From NCBI RefSeq assembly GCF_036365525.1, contig NC_090404.1, forward strand, positions 12,304,550 through 12,368,549: a stretch of 64,000 bases of DNA. Direction: 5' to 3'. Position numbers and translations under genes: made by a program. Below the pieces are notes generated by a model, which saw nothing but the letters and a program-made list of their open reading frames with translations, did no database searches and had not been told where the DNA came from. Source of the DNA: Heterodontus francisci (Eukaryota). Positions 12,569 through 26,713 of this stretch are shown piece after piece. Each line of letters starts with the position of its first letter. The first letter of the stretch is position 1.

Positions 12569-15500
12569 GTAAGAAACATGCACTTATTCAGTAACTGGTT
12601 CATTTGTGTCTTTATTTTATATTTATTATCATTTTAACGATACATTCGTTCACTGAAATATGGGTTCAGTGGATTCTGTATTGAGATATGCTGCAATATT
12701 TCATGTGATTCTGCTGCAAAGGGATTGTGGAATTCAACTCCTTCTCCACAAAAGCCAGTGCTGATGGATTGAGCCTCTGGTTGATGTGTTTTGTTGTTTA
12801 ACTGCTGATGAGGCAGTGTGTCTCACTGTTGTAAAATATTTGCGGGTTTCTATAATGCGTGTTCTCGGTAATATCTAGTTGCTACAAACTTTCTGATCGA
12901 GTGCAAACATTAGCTGTTTAAATATGTTTGTAATAAGATAGTAGGTAGAAAGCTTTAGCTGTTAAACAATGTTACGACAATTTACTGTATTCTATTTATT
13001 ATAATTAAATTATTATCCCTTAATCTTATGCTCAGTACCGCTCATATATAATAAATGAAATGTTACTGTAACTAAGAATTACATAAATAACAAATTTTCA
13101 GCATTGTTCAGATTTAAGCTGATATGACTTCATTTGTTATAATGTAATAATATAGCCCAATATTACTAAAATATGCTATCGTCTCAATATTATTTTATTA
13201 AACATGATCAATATATTCGCAATTTTTTCGCTTTGTGTTAACTATTTATTTGTTTGTTTTAATAAGTAAGTTGTTCAGTGATTGGTAGGTTCGGTGGATT
13301 CTGCATTGAGATTTTGTTGCTGCATTGTTACATTTGATTCTTGATGAACGGGTTTAGAGAGTTAAACTGCTGCCTTGCAGAACGTTCTGTTGAGGAATTC
13401 GGCCGCTCAGTGGTGTGATTTGGTGATTACACGCTGAGGAGTGTGTGCACGTAAGTTACTTTGAATACCTAAATTTTGTAAAACTCTTGGCCTTTCTATA
13501 ATGTTTAATCCCAGTGACATCGAGCAGCAACTGATGCAAACATAATTCTTAAAATGGTTTGAAAGAAAATTATCAGCAGCAAACAGGAAATTTATAGAAC
13601 TAAACATCACTCAAAAATATTTTACTGTTTTAAGTGATAATTTAGTATTAAATTATTAATCTATGGTTCACGATGTTCATAATTAATGTGAGAATTCCTA
13701 CTCTAATTAAGAACTACATAATTAGCATTTTCAGATTGAAGGAGAATTAACTTAATATAACTCAAATGACTATTACACTGTATTATCTCTCATTAATGAG
13801 TTATGCTGCAGTATGAATATTAACTTATTAGACACAAGTCACCTTCCACAATCTTCTGTACAATCAGCCCAATTAATGTGACCAGAATTTTTTCAAATTA
13901 TGCCCGACATTAATTAATTAACAACATGCTTATTACACCGCTGTGTTGAGCTTGATGATATTTTTAAATAGGCTACCTGCCTATTTTGCACAGTTGAATG
14001 TACAGATTTTATTTACTTATAAGTTAATTGTAAATTGCAGTTTGTCCATTTAATATATCTGCCGGGTTATTAAATTCTTAATGTGCACCCGAAACCATGT
14101 TATTCCTGTTAGATGGCGAGATTTTTGTCCGTAAACTAATCCTAAACGCGTTGCAAGATCACAGGCTGAGAGTTATGTGTCGATGGCGGTCTAAGAACTG
14201 TTCATATACTTCTATTTCAATTCAAAGTCTATATAAGGCTGCAGACTGACAAAACGCATTACAATTCAAACAGATCAAATTAATTGAAAAGGTTAATATT
14301 GTTTTTGAATTTAATTGGAAAAAATGTTTCCCATAACTGTGCTGTATACGGGATAGAAATATAAGCAAAGGACAGGCAATGTCTCAAAGTTTTGTTTAAT
14401 TCTCATTCATATTAAAATGACCAACAAAACCTCTCCTGCATTTGCTCTTTAAATTTCAGTGTCGCAGAATATTTGAATGAATTGCTATCTTTAAATTTTG
14501 TACTGATCATTCTGCAAGTTATCTCAATAAATAACATAGTATATAGTTAACAACTAATTTACGGGGATCGTGTGCATTACAGGAGTAAAATGTAAAACCC
14601 TGCCTGTGTTATTAAACATCGGAGGCTCTGTTGTTAACCGGAAACTGAAGGGGTGGTTTTAAATTATTTTTATGCAATTAGTATTGTGCACAATGTTAGA
14701 TTTTGAAAACCTGATTATATATAGGCAATATTTCAGACCATGAGATGTGACGCCTGCCAGACTTTGAACTATTTAAAATAGTCCACTTCTAAATTCATCG
14801 TGTGAAATACACTTTAACAATAGAGGAAGTCTATGTTATATCAGCGTGGTCAGAAACGTTCAAGTTTGCATGATGTAGATAACAAGCAGGACGGTAATAG
14901 AGTTACTGATCATTTTAAACTATTCAAATATACTTTGATTTAACGAAAAATAACGTATTTGTCTGAATTCCGTTACCTGTTAAGATGATGTTTAATGTTG
15001 ATCAAGTACCATTCAATTTAATTAAAAACTTAATATTTCACATGATACCAGAAATAAACAGGTCTAGAATTACTATTAACTATTTTTACATACTGGATTA
15101 TATCATTAGCTACCATCAATATTGACTTAGAATATAATATCCGTGTTAATTCATTAAATCATGAAATTATATCAAACCAGTGGGCAATTGGTTCGCAATG
15201 CAAATGTTTCCAGGTTTGTTAAATTCTTACCCTGTCACTGAGTTCATGTTTCGGGCAGCAAATTACCCTAGAATGTGAATTATTTCGGATGTACTTGCAT
15301 TCGGGAAAATGAAATCTGGCACAGTTTTCAAGATTGCATTGAAGGAGAAACTTTTGGAAGTCGAAAGGGTTCTTGAAATGAATATCAGTTTAATTCAAAA
15401 GAACTTGCGGGCATGGAGTGGTCTCAATTTGACAATTGATAAATTAGAATGAAACTGCTTCATTGAAATTGAGAGACTGAACAGATCTATCTGCTGAGAG

Positions 15501-15789
15501 CACGCTTGTTGCACTGTTTGTATCTGTTCTGTTTTTTTGCATCTGCTCACTGTGTCGGGACCAGGAGACCGCCCGACTGGTTGTAAATCTTCTGGTTCTT
15601 TCTCCTGTATTTCAGGGCGTGCAATTTGATCCACTTATTTAAGAAGTGAGTATCTGTAAGAAATGTGAAAGTTTGACTTTATGTTTCAGGAGACGCCTCA
15701 GAAGTGAGATCAGTAATCTAGAATGTGACACTCAGCAGCAGCAGTTCACAACACGACAGACAAGCTGTAAAAGGAGCTTAGATCAGTTT

Positions 15790-16340
15790 CTAAACCGTGC
15801 CATACCCATCCTGGGAGTGTTTAATTGGGCAATACTTCCAGAGCTTTACTCTGTATCGAGCCCGTGCTGTATTGTCCCCTGATTGCTTGATGAAGTAATG
15901 GACGGAGCTTTATTCTGTATCTAACCCATGCTGTGCGTTTTCTAGGAGTATTTGATGGGACAATGTAAAGGGAACATTACTTTGTATCTAACCAGTGCTG
16001 CATCTAACCTGGGAGTGTTTGATGGGAAGTGTAGAGGGAGCTTTACTCGGTATCTAACCAGTTGTTTTTTAACTCTGTATCTAACCCCGTGCTGTACCTG
16101 CCCTGGGAGTATCTATTGCACCAGTATGGAGCAACGTTTACTTTGTATCTAATCCGTGCTGTACCTGCCCTGGGAATGTTTGATGGGACACTGTAAAGTG
16201 AAGCTTTACTTTGAATCCAACCAGTGACCTGGAGGTGTCTGTTGCACCAGTATAGAGCGCCCTTTACTCTGTATCTAACCAGTGTTGTACCGACATCTAA
16301 CCCTTGTTTGTTTTGTCCGGCAGTGTTCAAGGAACCTTAA
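15790..16340. repeat. ~65-bp tandem repeat (CTTTACTCTGTATCTAACCCGTGCTGTACCTGCCCTGGGAGTGTTTGATGGG...)
   Basis: Tandem degenerate units. Reverse-orientation copies at about 27690-27900 and 54200-54545. Confidence 0.85.
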
Positions 16341-17019
16341 CCTGCACCTAATCAATAAACTGCGAGTGCTTGAAGCAGAGATATAAAATAAATTTCTCAA
16401 TTGCCCAGATGAAACAACACACATTTATTGGTTTTAACATTCCTTCTGAAAAAATAAACTGCCAAAATTTTAATGAATTAATGTTTAAACATTTTAAATA
16501 TCAGATAATTATTGAATGAGATTGGTCTGATCTTGAGCGTGCTTTCAGAACAAACATTTCCAGGAAGTGACTGTAACGCTCCAGAAAGCAGCGTCTGTCC
16601 TGATCTGATAGGAGGCTGGAATTTATTTTGACGATTGAAATGGAGGAAGCAGGAGGCTCCTGCTCCTACTTACCATCATGATAACTTGACATTTGAAAGC
16701 ATTATTTCATTCTATTCTTTTTAATAAGGTGACAGTCAGCGATTAACTGGCGTGAGATGCGGCCATTGTACTGGGTTACAATACAAGGCACAATGTTATC
16801 GTATTGCACTCTGTGGAATATTTAAAGAAGTACAGTCAGGCTGCAATGATTCGTCATACATAACAAGTTTTAAGCCTCTGTGATAGAGTCCAATTGACTC
16901 ATTTGAATCAAATTCTTAAGGTCATTTTATCTTAAATATCCTCAAATAAATCTGATTCAGCTGTTCACACTTAAGAAGATTTCCTCCCATTAAATCGAGA
17001 AGTACTAATTCTGCTGAGT

Positions 17020-19080
17020 CATGTAGTTCCATAGAATCATTTGATCACAAAATTTTACAGCACGGAAAGAAACCATTCACTCCAAGGTGCCTGTGCCAGC
17101 TCTGAAAGATCTGACTAAATTAATCCCACATCCCAGTTTTTACTCGTATATCTGAAATTGAATCCTGTTGAAGTGTCTGTCCAGTTGCCTGGTGCACAGC
17201 ATAAATTAATAAACCTCTATGTGCAAAACATTATCCTAATTTCCCCACTAGTTCTTTCGCCAATTATTTTAAATCTGTGACCTTTGGTTTGCCAGAGGAA
17301 ACAGTTTCTCTCTATTTGCTCAATCAAAATCTCTCCTAATTTTGAATACTTCTATTACATCTCTTCTCAATCCCCTAAACCGTCTCCACTCTAAGGAGAA
17401 CGATCCCAGTTTCTCCAATTACTCTACATAACTGAAGATTTTCATCCCTAATAAATCTCCACAGCACCCTCGTCAATGGCTGTCATCTTTCCTAAAATGT
17501 GATGCCCAGAAGTGTAGAACGTAGCTGAGGCCTAACCAATGATTTGTAAATGATTAGTGTGACCTCCGTGTTTTTGTGTTACCTGTCATTTTTTACAAAG
17601 TCATACAGCCCATGGAATAAAGGGGCAGTGGCAACACGAATACAACATTGGCTGAATGACAAGAAACAGAGAGTAGTGGTGAACTGTTGGTTTTCTGATA
17701 GAAGGAAGGTAGATAGTGTGATCCTCAGGGGTCGGTTAGGACCCCAGCTTTTCATGCTATATGTTATATACATGGGTGTACAGGGTACAATTTCAAAATT
17801 TGTTGATGACACAAAACTTGTACGTGTTGTGAACTGTGAGGTGGATAGTGATGGAATTCAAAAGGACATAGACAGGCGAGTGGAATGGGTAGACAAATGG
17901 CAGATGAAATTTAATGTAGCGAAGTGTGAAGTAATTCATTTTGGTAGGAAGAATGAAGAGAGGCAATATAAAATAAAGGGTGCATTTGCACAAAGCATTG
18001 AAGGTGGAAGGGCAGATCATTAATAAGACATACGGTATCCTGGGCTTAATAAATAGGGACAGAGAGTAAAAAAGCAAGACAATTCTGATAAATCTGCATA
18101 AAAACATTGGTTTGGTCTCAACTGGCGTATTGTCTCCAATTCCATACATTACATTTTTGGACGTATGTGAAGACATGAGAGAGATTGTGGAAAAGATTCA
18201 CGTGAATGGTTCCAGGGATGAGGAACTTCATTCACGTAGTTGGATTGGAGAAGCTGGGGCTGTTCTCCTTGTAAAGGGGAAGATTCAGAGGAGATTTGAG
18301 AGAGGTGTTCAAAATCATGAGGGGTCGGGACAGAGTAAATAGGGAGAAACAGCTCTTATTGGCAGAAGGATCAAGAACCAAAGGACACCAATTTAAGGTG
18401 ATTGGCAAAAGTAGCAATGGCGACATGATGAAAAACTTTTTTTATGCTGCGAGTGATTAGGATCTAGAATGCGCTGCCTGAGATTCTGGAGGCAAATTCA
18501 ATCGAGACCTTCAAAACGGAATTGGATAATTACCTGAAAAGCAAAAAAAAAATGCAGGGCCACGGGGAAACGGCGGGAGAGTGGGACTAAGTGAGTTGCT
18601 CTTGCAGAGAGCCAGCATTGACACGATGGACCAAATGACCTTCTTCTGTACTGTAACCATTCTATGATTCTAAGATATGTTTACTTACCTTCTTATAAAC
18701 TTGCCTTGTCACCTTCCAAGATTGGTGAATATACATCCCCAGGGCCAGGTTCCTCTGCTATTGCCCCCAACGCCCGCCCCCAGAAACCCACTAAAAATGT
18801 ACTATTTAGCTTATACTACCTCTTCCTCCCAAAGTTTGTCACTTCACATGATCTGCATTAAATTGTACCTGCCATCTTCCGCCTATTTCACCAGAATGTC
18901 CATGTCTTCCTGAAGTCTGATGCTCTGCATTCATTACTTACGAATCTATCAAATTTTATATCAGCACAGTAGTTCGCAATTGCATTCTATATGCTCAAGG
19001 CCAGGCCATTTAGATATAACAAAATAAACAATTTAACGAATACTGGCAACTGCTGGTTCCTACTGCGTACTTCTTACCTG
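17020..19080. mobile_element. Cluster of CR1-like LINE fragments in the J-Cmu intron (- / + / -)
   Basis: The + fragment at about 17590-18670 encodes SKFVDDTKL and WQMKFNVAKCEVIHFG. It is flanked by minus-strand fragments. Confidence 0.8.
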
Positions 19081-19418
19081 GTAGAGAAAAAGAGCCAAAT
19101 TGATGAATAAATACAGGCTGAAATAGAGGAGGGACGAACTCCTCTGCTCTTCTATTTTAATGATTCAATCAAAGTCCTTTATTGAGGCGACTTCAAAAGA
19201 TTCTTCTATTTGTAATGTGATAGAAGTCTGGGAAAGTGTTTTTAGCTGTTGATCAGGTGATCGACAGGCGCTGATCAGCAACAATGGAAATGATGGGGGC
19301 GAATGTATTTTTTGGTCGGCATATTATGGAACGAGTTGATACTGCAGTCAAACGTTGAGTTTTTTTTAGGAGCACGAATCACAGCGGCTAACTTGTTCAA
19401 TCTGCCATACTTTTCCAG

Positions 19419-19718
19419 CGACACCGTCTCCCCCGACCATCTACGGCCTGCTCTCCTCCTGTGAACAACCCAACACCGATGGTTGAGTAACCTACGGCTG
19501 TTTGGCGATGGACTACACCCCTGAAATCACCACCGTTTCCTGGAAGAAAGATAAACAGCCGATCACCACTGGATTCAAAACTTACCCGTCAGTGCTGAAC
19601 AAGAAGGGAACCTACACCCTGAGCAGCCAGTTAACCATCACCGAGTCAGAGGTGGGAAGCAGCAAAATCTACTGCGAGGTTCGACGCGGAGAGTCGGTCT
19701 GGGTGAAGATTGGACCAG
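19419..19718 (+). pseudogene. IGHM: IgM constant exon Cmu1 with premature stop
   Basis: Acceptor ttttccag; [99 protein letters not shown]; TGA at 19484-19486; donor GTTAG at 19719. Confidence 0.95.
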
Positions 19719-20025
19719 GTTAGTATTGTGGGATACAGGGGAAATGTGTGAACATCTGATAGAACCTTGGTTAAACCAGACTTTACGTACTGTGCAGAGG
19801 TCTCGTCTCCACATCACACTTACAGCACTGTGCACAGTTCAGGTCTCCGTGTCACCCTTTGTGTAGTGTGCAGAGTTCTGGTCTCCACATCATCCTTACA
19901 GCACTATGCACAGTTCTGGTCTCTGGAAATGCATGATAGCAAAAGAAATCGCAAAACTTTAACGATATTGTTTAATTCTTAATCATTTATTTGGCAAAAA
20001 ATGTAAATAACGTATTCTCTTCAAG

Positions 20026-20343
20026 GTTATTATGAAAGTTACAGAGTCCATCCAACTGTTATCCTCACTCAGAGTACCAATGAAGAAATCACAAGCAGCA
20101 GATTTGCAACCGCCGTGTGTTCAATCATCGATTTCCATCCAAAATCAATAACCGTGAGTTGGTTGAAGGATGGACAACCCTTGGAGTCGGGCTTCGTCAC
20201 CTCTCCCGTCTGTGGAGCGAACGGGAATTTCTCAGCAACCAGTCGGTTGACAGTCCCCGCTGGGGAATGGTTCACCAATACGGTCTATATCTGCCAGGTC
20301 TCTCATCAAGGGGTTACCCAAAGCCGAACAACCAGATCTCAGG
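20026..20343 (+). pseudogene. IGHM: IgM constant exon Cmu2 (open frame)
   Basis: C1-set Ig domain ...VHPTVILTQ...[20 protein letters not shown]...[14 protein letters not shown]; AG/GT boundaries, phase 1. Confidence 0.93.
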
Positions 20344-20639
20344 GTAAGGGACACAATCCCAGGAAGTTCGGTAACATTCTACGCGCCCATGTTAGTCAGG
20401 AATGTACTGGAAATAGCACAAAGCACAACATAATTCCTGATTTCCCATCATGAAGTTTGTGTTTGTTTCTGGTGTAATTGTTGAATCAGATTTGCTGACG
20501 GTTCAGGAATCCAGCACATTACCAAAGATTGTTTTCCTCATCCACTGAGTGAAGTGACCTTAATCTCAGGTTTATCCTGAATTACGCCTGTCAGTAATTT
20601 ATAATCATGCAGTTTGTGTTTGCTTCCAATGGTTGAAAG

Positions 20640-21060
20640 CAAAGAAGCACCTAACTTTAGAAAGCGCCTTTCACGACCTCCGGAAGTCCCAAAGCGCTTT
20701 ACGGTCACGGAAGTACCTCTTGAAATGTGTTCAGTGTTATAATGTAGAAAATGAAGTTCGGCCGTTAATCTGCACACAGCCAGCTCCCACAAACAGCTAT
20801 GTGATAATAACCAGATAATCTGTTTATTTAGTGATGTTTGGTGAGAGATACATATTGTGCAGGACACCGGGGAGAACTCCCTTCGCATCTTCCAAATGCT
20901 ACCATGGGATCCTTTTTGTTCAACTGAGAGGGCAGACAGTGCTCTGTTTTAATGTCTCAGCCTATAGAAAGAACCTTGAATGATGCAGTACTCCCCTCAG
21001 TACTGGCACTGGGTGTATCAGCTTATATTTTGTGTTCAAGTATTTGGAGTGGAACTTGAA
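20640..21060 (-). mobile_element. Deu-domain SINE in the Cmu2-Cmu3 intron
   Basis: Same core as 4920-5300. Confidence 0.7.
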
Positions 21061-21309
21061 TACACGATTATTCTGAATAGGATTCCTCACGGTTCAGGAT
21101 TCCATCACCTCGCCAAAGAAGGTCTATCCCTGCTCAGAGATCAGAGTCAGTGAGGTGCTCATGGTCGCCGGTTTATCTTGAGTTGGCTGGTCATAATTGG
21201 AGCCGCAGTAGGAGGCTGCAGCCCTTTACTGGCAACAGCGTCAGGATCCCCGGGTAAAAAGGGTATCTACCCTATTTAATCCATTGTGTTCTGTTATGGG
21301 TTCAGAACC

Positions 21310-21810
21310 TCAGGAAGGACATAGTGACCGACATGCAGCACAGATTCACCAAGATGGATGCCAGCGTTAAAATGGTTAAGTTCTGAGGACAGGTTGAAAA
21401 CATTAGGCTTCCATTCCCTCAAGCATAGAAGATCAAGGGTGGTCTAATTGAGCTCTATAAGATGATGACCGGATTCCATAGGGTAGATTGAGAGAAAATA
21501 CTGCAGCTAGGGGGCAGGGGAGTTCCAGAAAAAGGGGACATAACTTTAAAACAATACCTCGGCGGTTCAGGGTGATGTTAGGAAGCATTTTCTTACACAG
21601 GGGCGGTGGAAATCTGTCCTCTATTTTGAGGCTTGGGGTCAATTGGAAATTTCAAAACTGAAATTGACAGATTTTGGTTAGGTGAACGTATAAATGGTTA
21701 GAAAACCAAAGCGGGTAGCTCGAGTTAAGTTGCAGATCCTCCATGATCTCATTGAATTGTGGAAGAGCTGAAGGACTTGAATGACCTACTCCTGTCCCGG
21801 TGTTCCTATC
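21310..21810 (+). mobile_element. CR1-like LINE 3' fragment
   Basis: QHRFTKM-like remnant and CCATGATCTCATTGAAT...CCTACTCCTG tail. Confidence 0.65.
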
Positions 21811-22483
21811 ACTACCTGTGGTGATTTCGCCATCTGAATCTCTCACCAGACTGACACATGAGAAATGCTCACTTCTAACATATATTAACAAAGTATGCCA
21901 CACTCAGCATTGCAAATTATTCTCCACCACAAAAGAAACCTTAGAACTGCATCCTCCCGACCTTTCACTTCTCCACTTAAGGTGGCTGCGACTGCTTCCT
22001 GCACATGTTCGTAGCACCAGATATCGCAATAAAACACCCCAAAAAATCGCTTTGGTTCCTGTTGCGCCTAGAAATCCGGATTTCATTGAACAGTAGTTTT
22101 GAACTAGCGCAATTGGGGTGGGGTGGTGGGAGGGAGCCATTATTATCAGCGGAGATAGTTTTGGAGCAAGGATCAATGGATGGGCCTAAAAGAGTGACGG
22201 ATTTCTGGAAGATCATTATTCAGCGCGCAACACATCTGCGCACGAATTTATTCAAATCTGTACACCGGGTATTTGCTTCACAGCCCATTATAGCGTTCTC
22301 TGGATGAAAATACACAGATATGTAAAATAGCCTCCTGGAATCGCTGTAAATTCATTGTTCATCAATTAACCAAAGGCTTGAGGTTGATCTCGCAAAGGTG
22401 ATGCATTCTCGTTGAGAGAGTGAAGACTGAATACTGGTGTCTGATTCTGAAGATGAATCTATGACTTTGACTTTGTTTTACAG

Positions 22484-22792
22484 TTCCACCCTCATGCAAT
22501 GATCCAGTAATTACACTACTGCGACCATCAATAGAACAGGTCTTACTGGAGGCGACGGTGACCTTAACCTGCATCGTGTCTAATGCTCCATATGGAGTCA
22601 ACGTGTCCTGGACCCAAGAAAAGAAGCCTTTGAAATCAGAGATTGCCGTCCAACCCGGAGAGGATCCCGATAGCGTGATCAGCACCGTAAACATCTCGAC
22701 ACAATCCTGGCTGAGTGGGGCTGGGTTCTACTGCGTGGTGAGCGATCAGGATCTGCCGACTCCTCTCAGAGATTCCATCCACAAGGAAGAAG
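22484..22792 (+). pseudogene. IGHM: IgM constant exon Cmu3 (open frame)
   Basis: [42 protein letters not shown]...[22 protein letters not shown]; acceptor ttttacag, donor GTGAG at 22793. Confidence 0.94.
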
Positions 22793-23275
22793 GTGAGCGG
22801 AGAAATTGAAGCAATAAGTGAGAGGTTGTGCCTATTTCCGGTGTTTGTGAAAGGGCTGATTCATATTATTCAGTGCAATAATGGATAACGGAATCCTCTG
22901 GAACCCAAGATAATCTGTTTAAGGGGAAGCTAGATAAGAACGTGAGGTAGAATGGAATAGAAGAATCTGCTAGCAGGGTTAAGAGAATTAAGGTGCGAGG
23001 AGATTTGTGCGCAGCATAAACACCAGCGCAGACTAGTTGGATGAATGGCCTGTTCCTGTGCTCCAAATTCTATATAATTTTCCAGTTTAACCGCTTAACT
23101 TCTCAGCGAGAAGGATTGTAGCCGCCTCTTCTCCGGGTTGGAAAACAGGACAGGCCCAGAGGGGAAAAGGAAAATCTTTAAAATTCTGGGCAAAGCAAAT
23201 TTCTTTCACATCTAACCACCGGTTTTATTGTCGCTGGGATCCTGTTTATTGACATCTATCTTAATTTTTCTGTAG

Positions 23276-23667
23276 TTAAAGATCTGCGGGAACCATCTGT
23301 GTCTGTCCTCCTGCACACGGCAGAAGAAGTCTCCACTCAGAGGTTCCTCTCCCTGACCTGTTTAGTGAGAGGTTTCTCCCCCCGAGAGATCTTCGTCAAG
23401 TGGACCGTCAATGACATTTCGGTGAATCCCGGCAACTACAAGAACACCGGGGTGATGGCGGAGAACGACAATAGCTCCTTCTTCATGTACAGCCTGTTAT
23501 CCATTGCAGCGGAGGAGTGGGCCAGCGGCGCTTCTTACTCCTGTGTGGTGGGACATGAAGCGATCCCCTTGAAGATCATCAACAGAACAGTTAATGAATC
23601 CAGCGGTAAACCGAGTTTAGTGAACATTCCGCTTGCACTGTTGGACAATGTCAATTCATGTCAATGA
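23276..23667 (+). pseudogene. IGHM: IgM Cmu4 plus secretory tailpiece (open frame)
   Basis: [12 protein letters not shown]...[17 protein letters not shown]...[23 protein letters not shown]|[20 protein letters not shown]; internal G|GTAAA donor at 23606 for the membrane form; penultimate Cys retained. Confidence 0.95.
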
Positions 23668-23695
23668 GAATCTCTCAGTTATATTTCAGTCCTGA

Positions 23696-23711
23696 AATAA
23701 AAACCAATAAA
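23696..23711 (+). terminator. Polyadenylation signals of secreted IgM
   Basis: Two AATAAA at 23696 and 23706, 30-40 bp after the tail stop codon. Confidence 0.75.
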
Positions 23712-24759
23712 GTCCTTTTCCTCCAATCGTGAGTTAAACACAAAGCCGCTCAATTAATTTTGTTTCCCTCATTTGCCAAGTGGAAATTTTTTTATCTGAA
23801 GTAAGATATTTGCAGGTCCCGGATCCAAGGCTTAGACAGCCAGCGTTCGCAGTTCAGATACACCACAGGATAGAGACAGATTGAAACTCATTTATGACAG
23901 GATTCCGCAGGGTAACGTCAGTACCTTTCCTCCTGCAAGGGGTGTTCTGAAAATTTTCAATTTTCCAACAAACAAACGCAGCAAATTTAGATCTCGGTTT
24001 CCTTGCTTCTCATGTTGTCCAGCCCCTCAGAATTGGGGTCAGTTTTAAGTTGCAACATCGCACCCACTGGGAACTGAAATGAGGACCACACACGAACACG
24101 AACCATATTCACATTACGCCAGTCAGAGCGAGGGGAAAAGGCAATTTATTGATCCACTGTACCTCAACCTCCCAACAGACAGAGGTAAAGTGCAATTGTT
24201 AACCCATTGTGTCTCCACTTCCCCACCAGAGAGAGGGAAAAGGACATTTGATAACTCATTATACCCACTCACTCACCCAGCATAGAGAGAGTAATGTCAA
24301 TTATTGTACCTTCACACCCCCAATAGGGAGAAATAGGCAAAGAACAATTGTGAGCTCATTACAGCTCCGCAACCCACCCACCCCACTTCCCCAACTCCTT
24401 CATCAGAGAGAGGGGAAAGTACCCACTCACCTCACCTCACAGCATAATATATGAAAAGATTTGGGGGCAAACATGTTCTAATCACATTTTAATGGATTGA
24501 ATTCAAATAGTTAAAATCTAAACTGGTGATTGAATCTTCCCCTGCTTTTCACAGCTTTGATCTTTATGTTTGAGGACCACCAGTTGAATTGTTGCATTCA
24601 TTCAGCTGATGTTATATTGCATCTCACACAGAACATATTTTTACACAGAGCGGTGAAGTATATTCTCTATAATCTACACCGTCAGGGTCAGACCCGATGT
24701 TGGTATTCTGTGAAATGTTGACCAATAACAAAGATGCATATACGCTGATACATACACAC

Positions 24760-25990
24760 AGTCGCACACCCACTCATACATACACACACTAACTCACACA
24801 CAAAGACACAAACGTCGATATAAACCGCTTCCCTCCCACACTCATACATGGACACACAAGCACAGCCAACGCCATCAAGGCACATATTGGCACAGTTTGA
24901 CGTTCACAAAATATTGAAATAAAATCACATACTAATTCACACGTTAACAAACATACGTAGACACACATACACACGCACATTAACAGACTCACAAACATAG
25001 GCATATAAATACAGACAGAAATATACACATGAACACATTCACCACGCACAAATAGACACCAACCTTAACATACTGCCACAGAAATGGAAACACACGTAAA
25101 TAGATAGCCAACAATATTTTATGGACACATAAACACACATTAACAATGAGATTAGCACATAAACATAGACAACAGCAGATAAAAACATAAATTAACACAC
25201 TCCCATATGAGGCAGAGAGACGCATAAACACACACACACATGGGAAAATACACCCACATTAACACATGGGGGATAACACATACACATTAACACATTTTCA
25301 CTTGACCACATAAACATATATTAACACACTCACACGCACAAATAAACACACATTAACACACAGGGACACATAAACACAGAAATCAATACAGAAACATACA
25401 GATTAACACACTCGCATATCGGTACACAAACGCATACATCAACACATGTTGGCACACAAGCACACACACTAACACATTCATACACATGCATAGACACATA
25501 AACACACACATTAACACTCATACACACATGCATGGACACATAAATACACAGATGAACAATCATCCACGGGCACATATGCACACATATTAACACTCATACA
25601 TATATGCACACACACATGCATGCACACAAACACACACACGAACACTCATGCATTAACATAATTGTACACTTATATGGACACATAAATACACATTAACACA
25701 CTCATGCACGCACATGAACACGTAAGCACAGACATCAGCATAGAATGACATAGATTAAAACACTCGCACAGGGAGACACAAACACACACATGCGGGCACA
25801 CAAATACACACACTAACACATTTGTACGTATACATGGACACATAAGCACACAAATGAACACATGCGTAAACATGCATGGACACATAAACACACACGTTAA
25901 TGTACTCGCACACACATGAACAGCCAAACGCAGTGTTATACATAGCAAGAGATACTTATACACATCTATGCAAATACGACAGTGCACAAA
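24760..25990. repeat. CA-rich low-complexity or degenerate tandem repeat in the Cmu4-TM intron
   Basis: ACACACATTAACAC / GACACATAAAC units over about 1.2 kb. Confidence 0.9.
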
Positions 25991-26585
25991 CTAAAAGCCA
26001 GCTTACAGGTGAAAGTTGAATTTAAAAGTACCCTTTGAACGAAAAGAGTCTCCAAAAATTGTCCTGAATGAATGCTGGTTCCACAAACACCAGGAAGAAA
26101 TGTCCTCACTTAGAAACTGACATGAGTCATATGTCAAGCAATTCCATCACAAATAAACAAACGAGATTGGAACACACATCCGACCTCTTACCCAGCACTC
26201 TTCACAGTTACCAAATAAGTAGATATCTACACCTACATTAAAAGTAACCGCTTTCAGTTATCAAACCTCGCTCAATGTGTCATCAGAATATTCCCTAATG
26301 ATAGATCAAACGAAATTGATCCAAAGTAAATTAATGCCTGACACGAAACAAAAAATATCATACTTTCAGTCATGGCTTTGTGATGATCATAAAGTAAGAA
26401 CAGCCGTGGAGTTAGTAACAGTGATAGATTGCTGAGAGTGATTAACGTAACAATAGGTATACATTGAAAATTAAGTTAAAGAACAAAGTAAAAACTTAAG
26501 GAAGAGAAATGTGAATGCAAATTAACAATATGACATCATGGATTGATAAACGATTTGAATATATTTCCCCCTCTACATCCCTTAG

Positions 26586-26713
26586 ATTCCTTAGATCACA
26601 TCTGGATTCAAGACAATGAGGAGGAGAGCGGCAACATCTGGACAACCGCTTCCACGTTCATCATCCTGTTCTTCCTGAGTATTTTCTACAGTACTGCCGT
26701 CACTCTGGTGAAG
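26586..26713 (+). pseudogene. IGHM: IgM transmembrane exon TM1, splice donor apparently mutated
   Basis: [43 protein letters not shown] with the conserved Ig TM motif, followed by CTGAGA where GTGAGA is expected. Confidence 0.9.

Noticed and set aside
24688-25987. Cys/Val-rich ORFs (and the Leu/Ser- or Glu/Arg-rich ORFs at 31136-31801)
   Set aside because: Translations of CA-rich and CT-rich low-complexity DNA.
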